Notes under the pieces: model-generated
Told to the model about the DNA's origin: nothing
Databases searched by the model: none
What the model saw: the letters and a program-made list of their open reading frames with translations, nothing else
From: Leptogorgia sarmentosa
Lineage: Eukaryota
Assembly (NCBI GenBank): GCA_964658305.1
Contig: OZ210885.1
Coordinates: 19,158,001-19,222,000 of the forward strand
Reading direction: 5' to 3'
Length of the DNA: 64,000 nucleotides
Shown: in pieces, positions 1-12,000 of the stretch
Layout of the letters: each line of letters opens with the position of its first letter
Numbering within the stretch: the first letter of the stretch is position 1
Program-made: the position numbers and the translations under genes

Positions 1-864
1 ATATCCATCACTCTATTGCTCCTGACCTCAGTTTGGGAAATTTGGCTATTCAATTTCAGGAGTTGCAAGACTGTGATGAGATACCAAAAGAAAATCCTCA
101 CACAGTCCTACAGAGCATTGTGAAAGGAGATCAAGAACATTACTATGAAAATGTTTCTGTTGTTCTTGGCTGCATTCTAGCATGTAAGCCACATTCTGCC
201 GACTGTGAAAGAGTCATTTCATTGTACAACAAAGTAAAATCAACATGTAGATCATCCTTGAAACCAGGGGCGTAGCCAGCCCTACAAAAGTGAGGGGGTC
301 CATTCATCCAGTAGATCATATAGAGCTATACTGCGCATACAAATATGTCCAAACGTATTTCATATATTTTAGGCGGGGATGTTATGAACTTGAAAATAAC
401 AAATGTTTCACAAGTGCACCATAAACCAAACAGCCTAATGTGTGTATATTAATCAAATAATATATTAATCAAATGTTGGGAATCCAATGGTGATTAGCCT
501 ATGAGGAGGCGTATCCTTATATCCGCTTTTTTACTTGATTTTGAAGGAATTGAAAGACATGTTTTGAATAAAAGTGGGGGGGTCCGGACCCCCCCATTCC
601 CCCCCGTGGCTACGCCCCTGCTTGAAACGTCAAACTATGAGCGACTACCTCTACATAAACATGAATATGCCACCTCTCTCTGAGTTTGATCCAAGACCTG
701 CAACTTTGCAATGGATGAATGAGAAGGACCATAGGACAAGAAATATTCCGAAAGCAGGAGAGCAAGATTGGTTCAGCAACGTTTTCCAGCAAGATAACAA
801 CTTTGATAATCCAGAACTAGCTCAAGGGAAAGCGGACGAAAAGCCAATAAAACGAACGTTTTAG
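1..864 (+). pseudogene. hAT transposase C-terminal (dimerisation) region, split by a MITE
   Basis: ORF 33..275 has the hATC-like motif ILACKPHSADCERVISLYNKVKS. Removing the 265-620 insert and one TSD copy joins ...SSLK to RQTMSDYLYINMNMP (ORF 574..864) in frame. Confidence 0.75.
265..620. mobile_element. hAT-type MITE
   Basis: TIR CAGGGGCGTAGCC...GGCTACGCCCCTG; perfect 8-bp TSD CTTGAAAC at 257-264 and 621-628. Confidence 0.92.
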
Positions 865-1510
865 GCAATTGTCCCAAAGAATTTGTTCATTGTACATTAC
901 AAGCCTGTAAAAAGGCTTCTGTGTTGAACTGTGACAACATTTAACTATATCAAACTAAAATGTATCTGGACATTGTTATAACATACTATAGATTTGAACG
1001 ATATTGACTAGGAATTGAAATAAAATTAGCAAGTGACAATCTACAATGATAGGTAAAGGTTTATAGCCTATAGCTCTATAGATCTATAGCCTCCTCAGAA
1101 ATGTTAACATCATGTAAAAAGTCGATTTTGCTATCACTAAATACTAAAAGTAGCCTCTTTTATTTTTAAATTTCATAAGGTCGCGGACAGAAATTTTCAT
1201 TAAAGGCATGGTAACTTTGCGCCAAAATGTGCAGTGATAAAAATTTCTTAAAATTAGGTATGCTGAGGGTGCTCAAGTGTCAGGTTGGATTCTTTCTCAG
1301 CATTCCAAATAACAACTTAATTATGTACAGTGGAACCCTGTTAATATGGTCACCAACGGGACGAAATAATATAGCCGTATTAACAATTAACAATTAAATT
1401 TCAATTATGACGTCATTAAAGCTATGTTTATTCTTAAATCACAATAACACCCATACCCAACCCTAAATATCAATTAATCACTAAACATTATAAAGTTCTC
1501 AAAGGTTTCA

Positions 1511-3098
1511 CTAATTTTGAAGAAACAGTGTTAGGATTTCGTAAAATAATCTGTGACTTTCGATTGGTTGTTCCTTTTCTGAAGCCAAAATCACTTTCGA
1601 AAGTTCGTTTGCCGTAGTAATGTCTCCATTTGACTGTAAATACTGCAAAGCGTCTTCAAGGTTTGTTATAGCTTCCTTATATGAGGTAACCTTTAATGTC
1701 GGAATGAAAATTCCTTCCTCATCATCAGCACCATTTGCGTTGGTGTCATCGTCGCTGTCGTTGATATCAACAGCTGATTGATTCACGTCTAAACCTCTGA
1801 AGAAACTGTCTTCCCAATTATCTGGTAATTCTTGGAACAGTGGTGGGTCATAGCAGCCAGAAACTGCTTCTTTAATGCTCATAGCATCTACATCACTTGC
1901 ATGTTGGGCTATGTCTTTGATGCTCGTGACTTTGGTCTGAAGTTCAGCGAAAGAGTCAACAGCACTGTTCTTCGGCTCGATGGCGTTAACTTCACCTGCA
2001 GAATTAGGTATGCCTGCCTTGATGAAACATTTAATGACCGTTGATTCTGAAACATTTAATGACCGTTGATTCTGAAACATTGTTCCATGCCATTGCAGTC
2101 CATCGCATTGCTTGTAAAATATCGATTGATTTACAAACTTCGGATGCAGAAGAACACTTGTCAATTTTGCTTACCATGTGCGTTAACAGGCACCTGTAGT
2201 ACTTGAGTTTAAATGCCTGTATTATTCCGAGGTCAAGTGGCTGCAAGCGAGATGTGGTGTTTGCAGGTATTTTCTATTCTCAGTTTTCAAACGGCGATTC
2301 AGGTTAATGAGAATCTCTTCCAAAATTTCACTTTCCATCCACGCTTTACATTGATTGAAATATATGCAGGGTAATTTCGATCGATCTGAAATCCCCTTAA
2401 AGCATCTTGGCTTAGCTGACTTGCCAATGACAATAGGCTTCTCTTTCCCTCCTTTGGCATTCACGAAAAAAGCACAAGTCAGTCTTTCCTTAGATTTTTT
2501 CCCACCTGTACAATTACGGGACGAATCTGCCAGAGATTTATTCGGCAATGCCCTAAAGAATTGACCAGTTTCATCCATATTCCAAATGTTCTCGGGCTCC
2601 TACCCTTGTAAGATTTCTGGGAATCATTCCCCCCAGGAATCGACCGTTGTTTCGTTTACATCTCCCGCTTCACCTGAAATTAATCTAGCCTTTATGTTGT
2701 TTCTATTCTTGAAGCGATCTAGCCATCCGTTTGATGCTTCAAACTCAGATGGAGCTTACTTTTAAAGCTATGGCAATTTGCATGGCTTTCTCTTGTAGTA
2801 TCGGACCAGATATAGGGATGTTTTTGCTTCTCGCTTTACGAAACCATTCCAGAAATGCACAATCAATTTCAGCATTCTTCCCTCTCAGCTGTTTTGTGTC
2901 GCCGCTTGAATTATCCTCAAAAGCTGACAGGATCTCATCTCTCTTGAGTAAAATCTTTTGAATTTGAGTTCTTCCACAACCAAATTTTTCTGCTAGTTTT
3001 CTTGTGCTTTCCTTAGGATTTGAATCGCTAAATTTGATTACTTCATAACACGTTTTCAAGTCAAGTTCTTGCCGTTTACGTTTACCTTTTGATGACAT
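1511..3098 (-). pseudogene. Tigger-type transposase (CENP-B-like HTH + DDE_1), frameshifted
   Basis: ORFs 2745..3098 (STRKLAEKFGCGRTQIQ, WFRKARSKNIPISGPILQEKA), 2222..2578 (MDETG..KSKERLT) and 2031..2246 (QPLDLGIIQAFK); 25-bp tandem duplication near 2022-2080; the middle catalytic motif appears deleted. Confidence 0.9.
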
Positions 3099-3337
3099 GG
3101 TAAGGGTAATTCACTCGAGAAAAGTAATGACTCAAAAGTGTAAATTCATTTGCGCATAAAGCTGCGAAATTTTGAAACCATATACCTTGATCACACTTTC
3201 ATTTCCTACTCACACTCACATTTCCTACATAACAAATATAACTGACATTATCCCCACACATTACCAACAACGCTGAGGAAACATTCTATTAGCCGTTCAC
3301 AGATAGCAAAAACGTATTTGTATTTTGTGCATGCACT

Positions 3338-3910
3338 ATGTCGGATCTACAGTACTGTGCAAAAGTTATAGGCACCTCGTGAAAAAGCATTTGACGCCAT
3401 CTTATTGTAAACTTATCGTATAAGTTTACAATAAGTTTACAATAAGATGGCATCAAATGCTTTTTCACAAGGTGCCTATAACTTTTGCACAGTACTGTGA
3501 GTTTTGTTGAAATCGAAATTCCTTCATGGATTCGGCAATATCATGCGTACAAAGATTACTGGCAGATCAAGATTGGAGAAGTTTTGAATTTGAAACACGA
3601 GCCACAAAATGAGCAGGAAAAGAATGCTATTGCTGTGGTAAAAGACGGGATAGTGGTTGGCCATATACCAAAGGGCTTAGCCAGTACAAAGCAAGGAGTA
3701 GGTTTAATCAAGCACTTCCTAATGAAAGCAGACAATGAAGCTGAAGTTAAGGTAGTTGGAAAAGCTGTCAATCGTGGAGGTGGATATGGCATGGAAGTCC
3801 CGTGTATCTATAAATTTCAGGGTCATAAAATATATGTCGATTTATTGAAGACACTTTTGTACATTGACAATAATTTATCGGTCATACATGAAACCAAAAA
3901 AAGACGCTGA
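3338..3910 (+). pseudogene. HIRAN-domain ORF inside the Tigger element, start split by a MITE
   Basis: IRQYHAYKDYW..IGEVLNLKHEPQNEQEKNAIAVVKDGIVVGHIP fits the HIRAN pattern (EPxNxxDxxAIxV..GHxP). Removing the MITE restores ATG-TCG-GAT-CTA-AGT-TTT (MSDLSFVEI). Confidence 0.72.
3350..3497. mobile_element. Palindromic Tc1/mariner-type MITE (148 bp)
   Basis: CAGTACTGTGCAAAAGTTATAGGCACC ... GGTGCCTATAACTTTTGCACAGTACTG; TA on the left, TG (mutated TA) on the right. Confidence 0.85.
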
Positions 3911-5539
3911 ACTGGATGAAAAAGAAATGAGCAAAAATTCAAGAGTTAAGCACGACTGATAATAAAGATAATTGAAATATTTGTAATATGATGCAGCTTG
4001 ATTTGTGTGTTTCACTGCACAAGGTGTTCTAAAATATACTGCATTTCCACTGTCCATTAAAACTAGATTGATATTAATCTGACACTGCAGTAGAACAACG
4101 AAAAAGTCGTTGTCTAGAGCGTATTTCCATCCGCAAACACATTTATTTTCTGAGTGGCCGTATCAATGGGGTGATTTCTTTAGTTCGGGACTCTACAATA
4201 TGACTGTTGGCCATATTAACAGGGTAACTTTATTATAAAATATATTAGTATTTCGCCGGGACAAAAAAAATGGCCGTATTATCGAGGTGACCATATTAAC
4301 GAGGTGGCCGTAAGGCAGGGTTCCACTGTAATAGTGAAAATATATACAAGAAATTTCATTTTTCCAGACAAAAGCCAAGTAGCTTTCTGTAGAATACATC
4401 ATGTACTTTGGTTTAGAGCTTAGGCCTTTGGGTGCAATAAGTGGGATTTTGCAGTGATGACCAATTTATAGTTATCTATCATAACAGCTTTCCAGTTGGT
4501 GCCTGCACCTTCTTTTACAGTTAAAGGTCCTTCACTGGTGCGAGCCACCCAGCTTTATGTGTGTGAATATATGTCTTTGTGATTATGTGTTTGTTCTTTT
4601 TTATTCGTTAATATCACAAGTTTTTATGTCTATTCTGTCATTCTGTTGTTTTTACTGAAAAAATAGGGAAAATCCATGTATCCTATCTGCGCATGTGGAG
4701 TGCAAGTATATCTGATATGTGCATGCATATTTTCACCAAAACAATGGCGGTTTGGCTATTTTAAGGCACAAAAATAGTAAACTTTGAGTGGATATTTCTC
4801 CCAATTGTGCACCTGTTTCATTTGGGGAGCAACAGATTCTGATAAAGTAAGTTTTCATCTATTCATTCATTGCAATGGAATTGCATCTTTTCGATGCTCA
4901 TCCTAAGGCCTAGATGGGCTGAGAGCTCAGATCACTGAGCTATGCTTATGTATCTGGAGATCGGGCTCTCATAAAACTTCATATAAAAAAATGATAAAAG
5001 TGTGTCCGCAAAAACATGGCGGATTTTGACCAAATTTACGTCATTTTGACGTCATAATTATGCATATTCTCATGATAAAGACCACTGACAAGCAAAAATG
5101 TGGTGAATGAATGAGAAATTAAAGTATTTTCACCCCCCCCCCCCCCCCGTTGAAATTAAAAATCCTTATTAAATTGTTGTACAATTTCCCTGCAAAGATA
5201 TATTTTTGTCTAAAAATTGTCAAAAAGTGTTAATCAGCTGAATTTTCGCTCATTCATACTACTGCTACTTGGATAGAAGAAAGGATGCATTCCTTTAGCG
5301 GTAAGAAATTTATATTAACGCTCTAGGCTCGATATTTTTGGTTGTAAACGTTTTAAAAATGTTGGACGATTTTTAATGCATGTGTTTCAACAAAAACACA
5401 GCATCTAAGCACTTATTGTTTGTGTAGATCTCGCTTTAACTCTCACCTATCTGGAAACACGTTGTTTTATGTTTCACACAAGCAATAACAAGAGTATTTA
5501 TTGTGTTCATTTTTGAATTTCCAGTTTTAGTCAAAAGTA

Positions 5540-6396
5540 AATGACTAACGATTGGTTTATGATGGAGGTAATTCATGGTGCAATAACGGGAAGACAGTCC
5601 TTGATAATGCGAATAGGTACTTTATCTATTCCTGGTGCCTTGTTATCAGGCATATAGATCATATCCTGGAAATTCAATTTCAGAATCAGTGATAGAGTTG
5701 TCCAACCAAGTTTCGGATATAGTGAAAATGTCCAATCTCTGTTTCAGGGCGAAATCCTCTGCCAGTAGGTAGTGTTCTTTGTTCTTTATTGAACGGATAT
5801 TTAGGTGAGCGATCGTAATGATACGATGTTTTTCTTCATTTAGCGATGTTTTTGCTGTGTTGGCTTTATCGGTTGGCTGGAAATTACTATCAGACTTAGC
5901 TGGACCGGGATTACGCTCTATCCATATAGACAGTAAGATCGATGTCCTTGTGAAAATCCTGAGGCGACAAATAGATTTGTCCATGTTTATTATAGGAGCT
6001 TTCAGTTGACTGTGCCATTTAGTTTTAGACGTAACAGAAAAGAATACAACATTTCGGTTGTGTCCGATATATCCAAAACACTAGTGATAACATATGCGTT
6101 GTCTAAACTAGGATACTCCAAATTGACAAATTACGATCTTGCACAAGTAAGCCAATGGACCTCCACTTGCGCGATCAGGAAAAAAATAACTGAAAAATCC
6201 AGATTCGGTGCAAATACCAGCGAAAAAGCACCAATTACTCAGCAACTCTTCGAGATATTAGTAAAACTACTTTATATTATCCACATAAACAACCTTATAC
6301 ACAGTTCTACAGCATAATGATGTTAAAAATCCAAAGAAAGATGCAAAAATCCAAAGAAAGATGCAAAAATCCCACGTAATTTACGGAGCTTATCAC
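5540..6396 (-). mobile_element. Internally deleted L2/CR1-group LINE 5' fragment (APE endonuclease N-terminus)
   Basis: ORF 5646..5984: IAHLNIRS..DIFTISETWLD..IEFPGY. It joins directly to a pre-RT segment KAPGIDKVPIRIIKDCLPVIAP. ERNPGP lies upstream of the APE domain. Confidence 0.75.
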
Positions 6397-6469
6397 ATTT
6401 TTGTTTGTTTTTTTTGTTTTTTTTTAATACTTGATAATCTCCCCTATTCTACTATATAAATCCGAAGTA

Positions 6470-8781
6470 TTACATTACATCTTCCATTAAGTTTTGGATG
6501 AATGCAAATGACTTTCTCTCCAACACTGGTTTTGCTACCCAGCTCTGGCGCCCTTTTGGAAATACTACCTTGTATTTCTTCTCACCCTTGGCTTTCCCTT
6601 GTTTGACAGTGGCATGCATTCTTCCAGTATTGAAGTTATTGTCAATCACCGCCAACTGCGTTCTAGCTAACATTCCATTGTAAGAAAAGTGTGTGCGTTT
6701 TGGGACATACTTCAGCAGCAAGGAATGGAATACTTCAAGATTACCTGTGTGGTGAAACTCTGTAAGTTTGACAATATCCTTTAATAATTTTCTGTTTAGT
6801 ACCACCTCCTCCAAAGCTACATGTGGTGCAGATCCAGCCTCTAACCATTTGGTTTTCCGTTCTTTACTTCTAGACAAACGACCATGCCCACACATGAGAA
6901 AGTGCTTGCCATTCTTCCAGCTGTGTTTATTTACAACATGATGTAAGATTGATATCCACATTTCATGAAGTACTTCAGCATTGCCATTGCATGCCTGTGC
7001 ACAATACCACAGATGGTTAGAGACAGACTTGACCCATTTCATTAGCTCCTCATTCCCTTTTTTCTTGGCTTTATTGGTCAATTTTTTTGTCACCCACTTG
7101 GCCAGATGCCAGACATCATATTGGTGGACTATTGACGGGTACTTCTTCCTCATCTCTGCTGTAATTTGTGTGTGACGATCTGTTGTTAAAGATCTAACAT
7201 TAATCCCCTGATCAAGTATTTTATTTAGTGACCGTTGGCAGCCTTCGTTCTCCATCGCATTGGAAGATGAAACTTCAGAGACTTGAACAAGAGAGAAATC
7301 AACAATTTTCCCTGACGTTTCATCCATTAACGAGTAAGTACCATACTTGGCACTATGACCAGGACTGTCCGATCGACCATCACCGCACAACTCAATTGGT
7401 TTCTTCTCCTGTTTGATTTTTTCCACAATTTCATTCTGTTGCTTTTTGTAGGCACTGTCAATTACTGGAAAAACAATCTGTTTTTGCACATTATAAAAAT
7501 GTTCCTTATTGACAAAGTTCAAATTGAGAGCATTAGCAAACTGTTTGGTAGATTCATAGGTACCTCCGGTAATAACAGTTGCTGCTGGAATCAAAATGTT
7601 ACCTGCTGGCTTGTTGTTTAACTCTGGTTGTGAATTCCACTGGAAGGTGTGATTGTTGTAGCATGTTGCTTTAACTGTTACCATGCTACCATTAATAGTC
7701 TTTTCAATCTCACACAATGAATGACATGTTTTACATGAAATAAACAATTGGTCTAGCATGCTCTCAAACACAATAAATTTTCTTTCATTTTCTAGATCTT
7801 CACCCTCAGATTCGTCATTGGTATCTGGTTCTGGACAGACATAATCATCACCACTATCTGAACACTCATCACTACTACTTGAACTGTATTCCATTTCCAC
7901 ATCTGTGAACTGTTCAGATTCAGAGTTAGAAGTAGTACTGGTTTCAGGAGTGACTGGGAGAATAACTGGTGTTGTAGGGGGAGTGGCAATGGGACTTTTA
8001 GTGATCTCTTGAGCAGGTGTCATAACCTTCGGTTTAGTGGATTTCTTTTTCCGAGGGGCAAGCATTGGCTTATCGCACTGACTATCCGCATCAACCAAGA
8101 CTATCTGATCACACTGTGTTTCTGCATCCTGAAGTGAAATTCCTGCAGGTTCATGTTCAAGACATATATCAGTGACATCTTCATGTTCTGCATGATTCAG
8201 CAAGGTTTCTACCTCCTGTAAAACAGCTTAATTTATGAATTGTGAATAGTAGACTATCTGTGTGATATGCTCATATCTACTAATGAGCCAGCCACCCTTC
8301 CTAACCAAAACTGGAAATTGTTTACCGTCAACTAGAATTAACTGAAAATACATTAAAAATTTGACTACTACTATAAAGAGATTGGTATACAAATTACAAC
8401 AGATATCTAGCGGAACAGTAAAATATATTTTTCAAGTACCTCAACTCTTCTAATTTTCTCTCTGATTATTTCTCTCCTCTGCGAGAATATCCGCTCTGGT
8501 TTTCGATGTACAAATGGAAATATAGAGGGTACACTTCCAGCTTTTAATGTTTTTTTCGTTTTAAGACCAAACATCTCTTTAAGAGAGCCGTCAAAACATT
8601 CGGAGGCGAAATGCGCGCTACAAACATAGCATGAATTTGCTTTCGGCAGGTTCTCACGACGAATCTTTATGAGCCATGTTTTCCGCATCTGCTGGTCGTT
8701 TGGCAAACGATGGTAAGATATATTGCTTCCCTTTGTCTTCTTTGAGCAATTCGTGCAACCGGGTACCATGCAATATGGCAT
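6470..8781 (-). CDS. THAP-domain Kolobok transposase, two exons (8781-8440, 8215-6470)
   Basis: Exon 1 THAP (MPYCMVPGC..YHRLP..W..VCSAHF..GSVPSIF); phase-0 GT-AG intron 8216-8439; exon 2 GDGRSDSPGHSAKYGTY, TTDRH, YDVWH, HTGNLEVFHS. Open throughout but C-terminally truncated. Confidence 0.85.
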
Positions 8782-9082
8782 TATTTTTAACTTTTATTTG
8801 AAAATCGCGTGTAAGATGTCGCTGTATTTAGCTTTGTTTTGTTATTTGAATATGAAGCGCTTCGCGCGATACCGCGCAGTGACGTCACAAGGTAAAACCG
8901 CTGTTTGATCGCATGCTCGCTCGCATGTATTCATGGCCGCCGCGAAATATGGAAAAGTTCACTTTTTTATTTCTCTATTTCTCAAGTTGTATTTACTATG
9001 GGGACCTAAGATTTGGTACGGACGATAAGAAGTTTACTATCTTTCATTTGAACCTAAATTGTTACAAACAATGACTTCCCCT
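6470..9082 (-). mobile_element. Kolobok DNA transposon, 3'-truncated
   Basis: 5' terminus reads TTAA|AGGGGAAGTCAT on the minus strand (TTAA at 9083-9086); THAP plus Kolobok-type transposase; no matching 3' TIR found. Confidence 0.8.
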
Positions 9083-9086
9083 TTAA

Positions 9087-9250
9087 GCAAGTACACAGAA
9101 ATGCGACAGAGCTAAGCAAATACATCTGGAAACTTAAAGAGTCAAAGGTCATTTACTCTATAAGCTGGCGTATTATTAAACAATGCAAGAGCTACAACAA
9201 CACAACAAAACGATGCAGTCTTTGTACACATGAGAAATTCATTATAATTT
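9087..9250 (+). pseudogene. Penelope-like element, GIY-YIG C-terminal fragment
   Basis: Translates HRNATELSKYIWKLKESKVIYSISWRIIKQCKSYNNTTKRCSLCTHEKFII. Confidence 0.65.
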
Positions 9251-9423
9251 ACTCTGTTTATTGAGTCGATATCATTGCACGTTATGCGATCAACACAATT
9301 CTCGACTCTAACAATTATTATATATCATATATTATATAAAGGAGGACTGACCGCTTATACCGTCATGCTTTGCGGCGAAGTATATTATCAAACGCACCAG
9401 CAGGGGAAGTGTCATTTTTAAAC

Positions 9424-10970
9424 ATGGACGCTTTAGGGCAACATGAAAGTCAAGCGGAGATTTTTCAAGATTCAACTATTTTATACCTTCATTGTGTTGA
9501 TACACAATATCCATTACAGCTTAAAATTGCCGGCTTACCACTATTGAGCATGGAGAGTTATTTTTGTCACTTCAGCTTTGTGAATTCGTTGTCAAGTAGG
9601 CAAATTTGTATTTTGCCAAACAGCCATGAACTCCTAAGGAAACTCGATGGATTATATTCACCCTGTGTTATAAATGTGACCTCAAGTGTTGTATTCAAAG
9701 TGAGTTACTTTTTATTTACTGTGTTTGTTCGCCATAACAATAGAGCATGTAAACGTTTCTTGATTTTGTATTTTGCCACTGAACTACATGACAAATGGCA
9801 TGTTTATAGTCCATTTTAAAGTGGAAGTCAAATGAGTAATGTAAACAAACGCTTTATTTACATTTTAAACTGCAAAATTTGTAAACTATGATACTAACTG
9901 AAAATCTAACACAGATTTGGTGTGCTATATGCTCTTAAATCAATATAACCCAGAGTTTCATTTCAGAAAGAAGCCCAAACAATGCAGAGTTTTGACAATT
10001 TTCAAATCTCAGGGCCCCATTTTGTTATGAGCTGAACCGATTCTCAGAACAGACTTGACAGCCACTTTAACCATATCTGCACTCACGACATACCCATTGC
10101 AAGTACAGTTAGATTTAAAAAAATGACTTCTTCATACCAATTTAGTTTCATGAGGAGAATGTTGTTGGTCAATATGATAAAGTACTGTTGATTTGGGATT
10201 TTGATGTCGATGTGCTTCTATCAACCACTGCCACTCCATTACCACCTAAGTACCCACCTGATGATGATGAAAACAGTGGTATTTGCCCACTTTTGGATAT
10301 CACAAGGACAACTTGTAGTTGTTCAAACTTTCCATTAATTGGCAAGGTTTTAATTGACTTGGCAGATTTTGCGGTCCCTGAAACTCAAACGCCAAACAAC
10401 TTTTCCCAAGATCTTAATGATGAATTTGATGAAACGCTGGAACAAAGGTTGCTAAACATACATGTAAGTGATATAGATGAACAGGATGCTTACCTGGAAC
10501 AGAATGACGAACAAGATCTAGAACTGAATCATCTGGAACAGAATGAAGAACAAGTCTTAGAACTAAACAATGATCTGCAACAGGATGAAGAACAAGAGAA
10601 CAATGATGCAGAACAATTTGCTGAATTGATATTCTTGAAAGGTGTTACTTTTCATGGTAATTTTCAGGAAACACTACATGCTTGCAAACAGTGAAAGCTT
10701 CAGGGAAATACACCTGAAGTGTCTCTCACAGCAGAGCCAGTTAACAAGCGTGATGAGAATGCCATAGTTGTGAAAGCTTTGCTGGGAATATGGAAACCAA
10801 TTGGATACGTTCCAGCAAGAAAACTGCCAAAAGTGACAGATGCAATGAGAAAAAGTGAAATAACATCAGTTGCATTAAACAATATAATATATAGATATAT
10901 ATACGCAGCTAAGGGCCACAGATATTTTGCAAAAATATTAATTCTTAAAAGAAACAGATGGATACAATGA
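9424..10970 (+). pseudogene. Second gene of the unclassified element: acidic linker + C-terminal HIRAN-like domain
   Basis: Exon from ATG ~9424 to a GTGAGT donor ~9700, acceptor TTTCAG ~9966; ends FLKGVTFH..VSLTAEPVNKRDENAIVVKA..KPIGYVP; internal stops and a frameshift. Confidence 0.6.
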
Positions 10971-11928
10971 TCCAATTTAAAGTGCTGTGAACACTATTTA
11001 AAGCAATATTGAGTGATGGTTCCCTTGGCCAATGTGTGCACCCCTCCCCCCATGATTTTCCATCCCTGTATTGACTTCTCAAGGTGGTGGTGGTAGATAG
11101 TTTTCCGGCTTGTGAAAACTCTGGCGTATTGTTTTTCCATGTCTGGCAGGAAGGACAGATCGTGCACAGACAAAAATAGAGCTGTCTTCTCTTTGATTGA
11201 TACGAAGGCGGTGCAGTCGAAGAGGATGGTTCCTTTCAGTTACTTTCTCGTCATCAAACTCTGGCTTCTCATCAAACGATGGGTATTCTACTTTGTATCT
11301 GTCATTTAATATAAAGTAGTGAAATGGCAGATTTTCATCCATCCTCTTGGTGAATTCCCTGCAAAAGTTATGTCCAATATAAAATAATGTGCTTTGTATC
11401 TTGATCTAATTTTATTACCAAAGAGCAGAAAGGGTTTACTCACCACCTAAACAATACAAAAAGATTCAATGTTTTGACAAACCTTTTTGTATTGTTTAGG
11501 TAGTAAGTAAACCTTGCTGCCGTTTGGGATTCTGATGCACTACCTATGCGCACTACCTGTGCTGGCCACATTTTTTCTAATTTTATTACACCTTTTTATT
11601 AATTACCTGACAGCACTAGGCCAATACTCCTTGAATTGTTTAAGGGTAAAACATGTCCCTATATTTCGATGGACAATACCAAAAAATGTTTCCGAATCAT
11701 CCGTCCCAACAGCCCGTGGATGCTCTGGATAGCCAATATTGATGATCTCTCGGAGTCTGTATTCCTGGCTCTCTATGTTACTAGTGATTTCTATAAACGT
11801 TTCCTGTGAAAAACCCCTTATATTTTCAACAGGCCTAAAATGACAGGATATCAGAGAACAAATTGGCAAACAATTTTCAAATAAAATCACTGCTTGTCTG
11901 TTAGAGAAAGATATACCTACTTGTTAAG

Positions 11929-12000
11929 TGATCACGGTAGTTTGAACCCATGCCCTTTGGTTTGCCAGTGCAATGCTCTACCAACTGAGCTATGGGGTCA
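11929..12000 (-). pseudogene. tRNA-derived SINE head / tRNA pseudogene in an intron
   Basis: Minus strand has A box TAGCTCAGTTGGTAGAGC and B box GGTTCAAAC, but the acceptor and T stems pair poorly. Confidence 0.55.

Larger units (their letters stand above)
1328..4328 (-). mobile_element. Tigger/pogo DNA transposon, complete boundaries (3001 bp)
   Basis: TA|CAGTGGAACCCTG ... CAGGGTTCCACTG|TA, with the subterminal GTTAATATGGTCACC motif at both ends; encloses the transposase and a HIRAN ORF. Confidence 0.9.

Noticed and set aside
4520..5530. Possible Kolobok-like end (TTAAAGGTCC) as the missing right end of the 6470-9082 element
   Set aside because: Does not match the AGGGGAAGTCAT terminus; no partner TIR found.
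11929..12000. Functional tRNA gene
   Set aside because: A and B boxes are present but the acceptor and T stems do not pair; treated as SINE/pseudogene.
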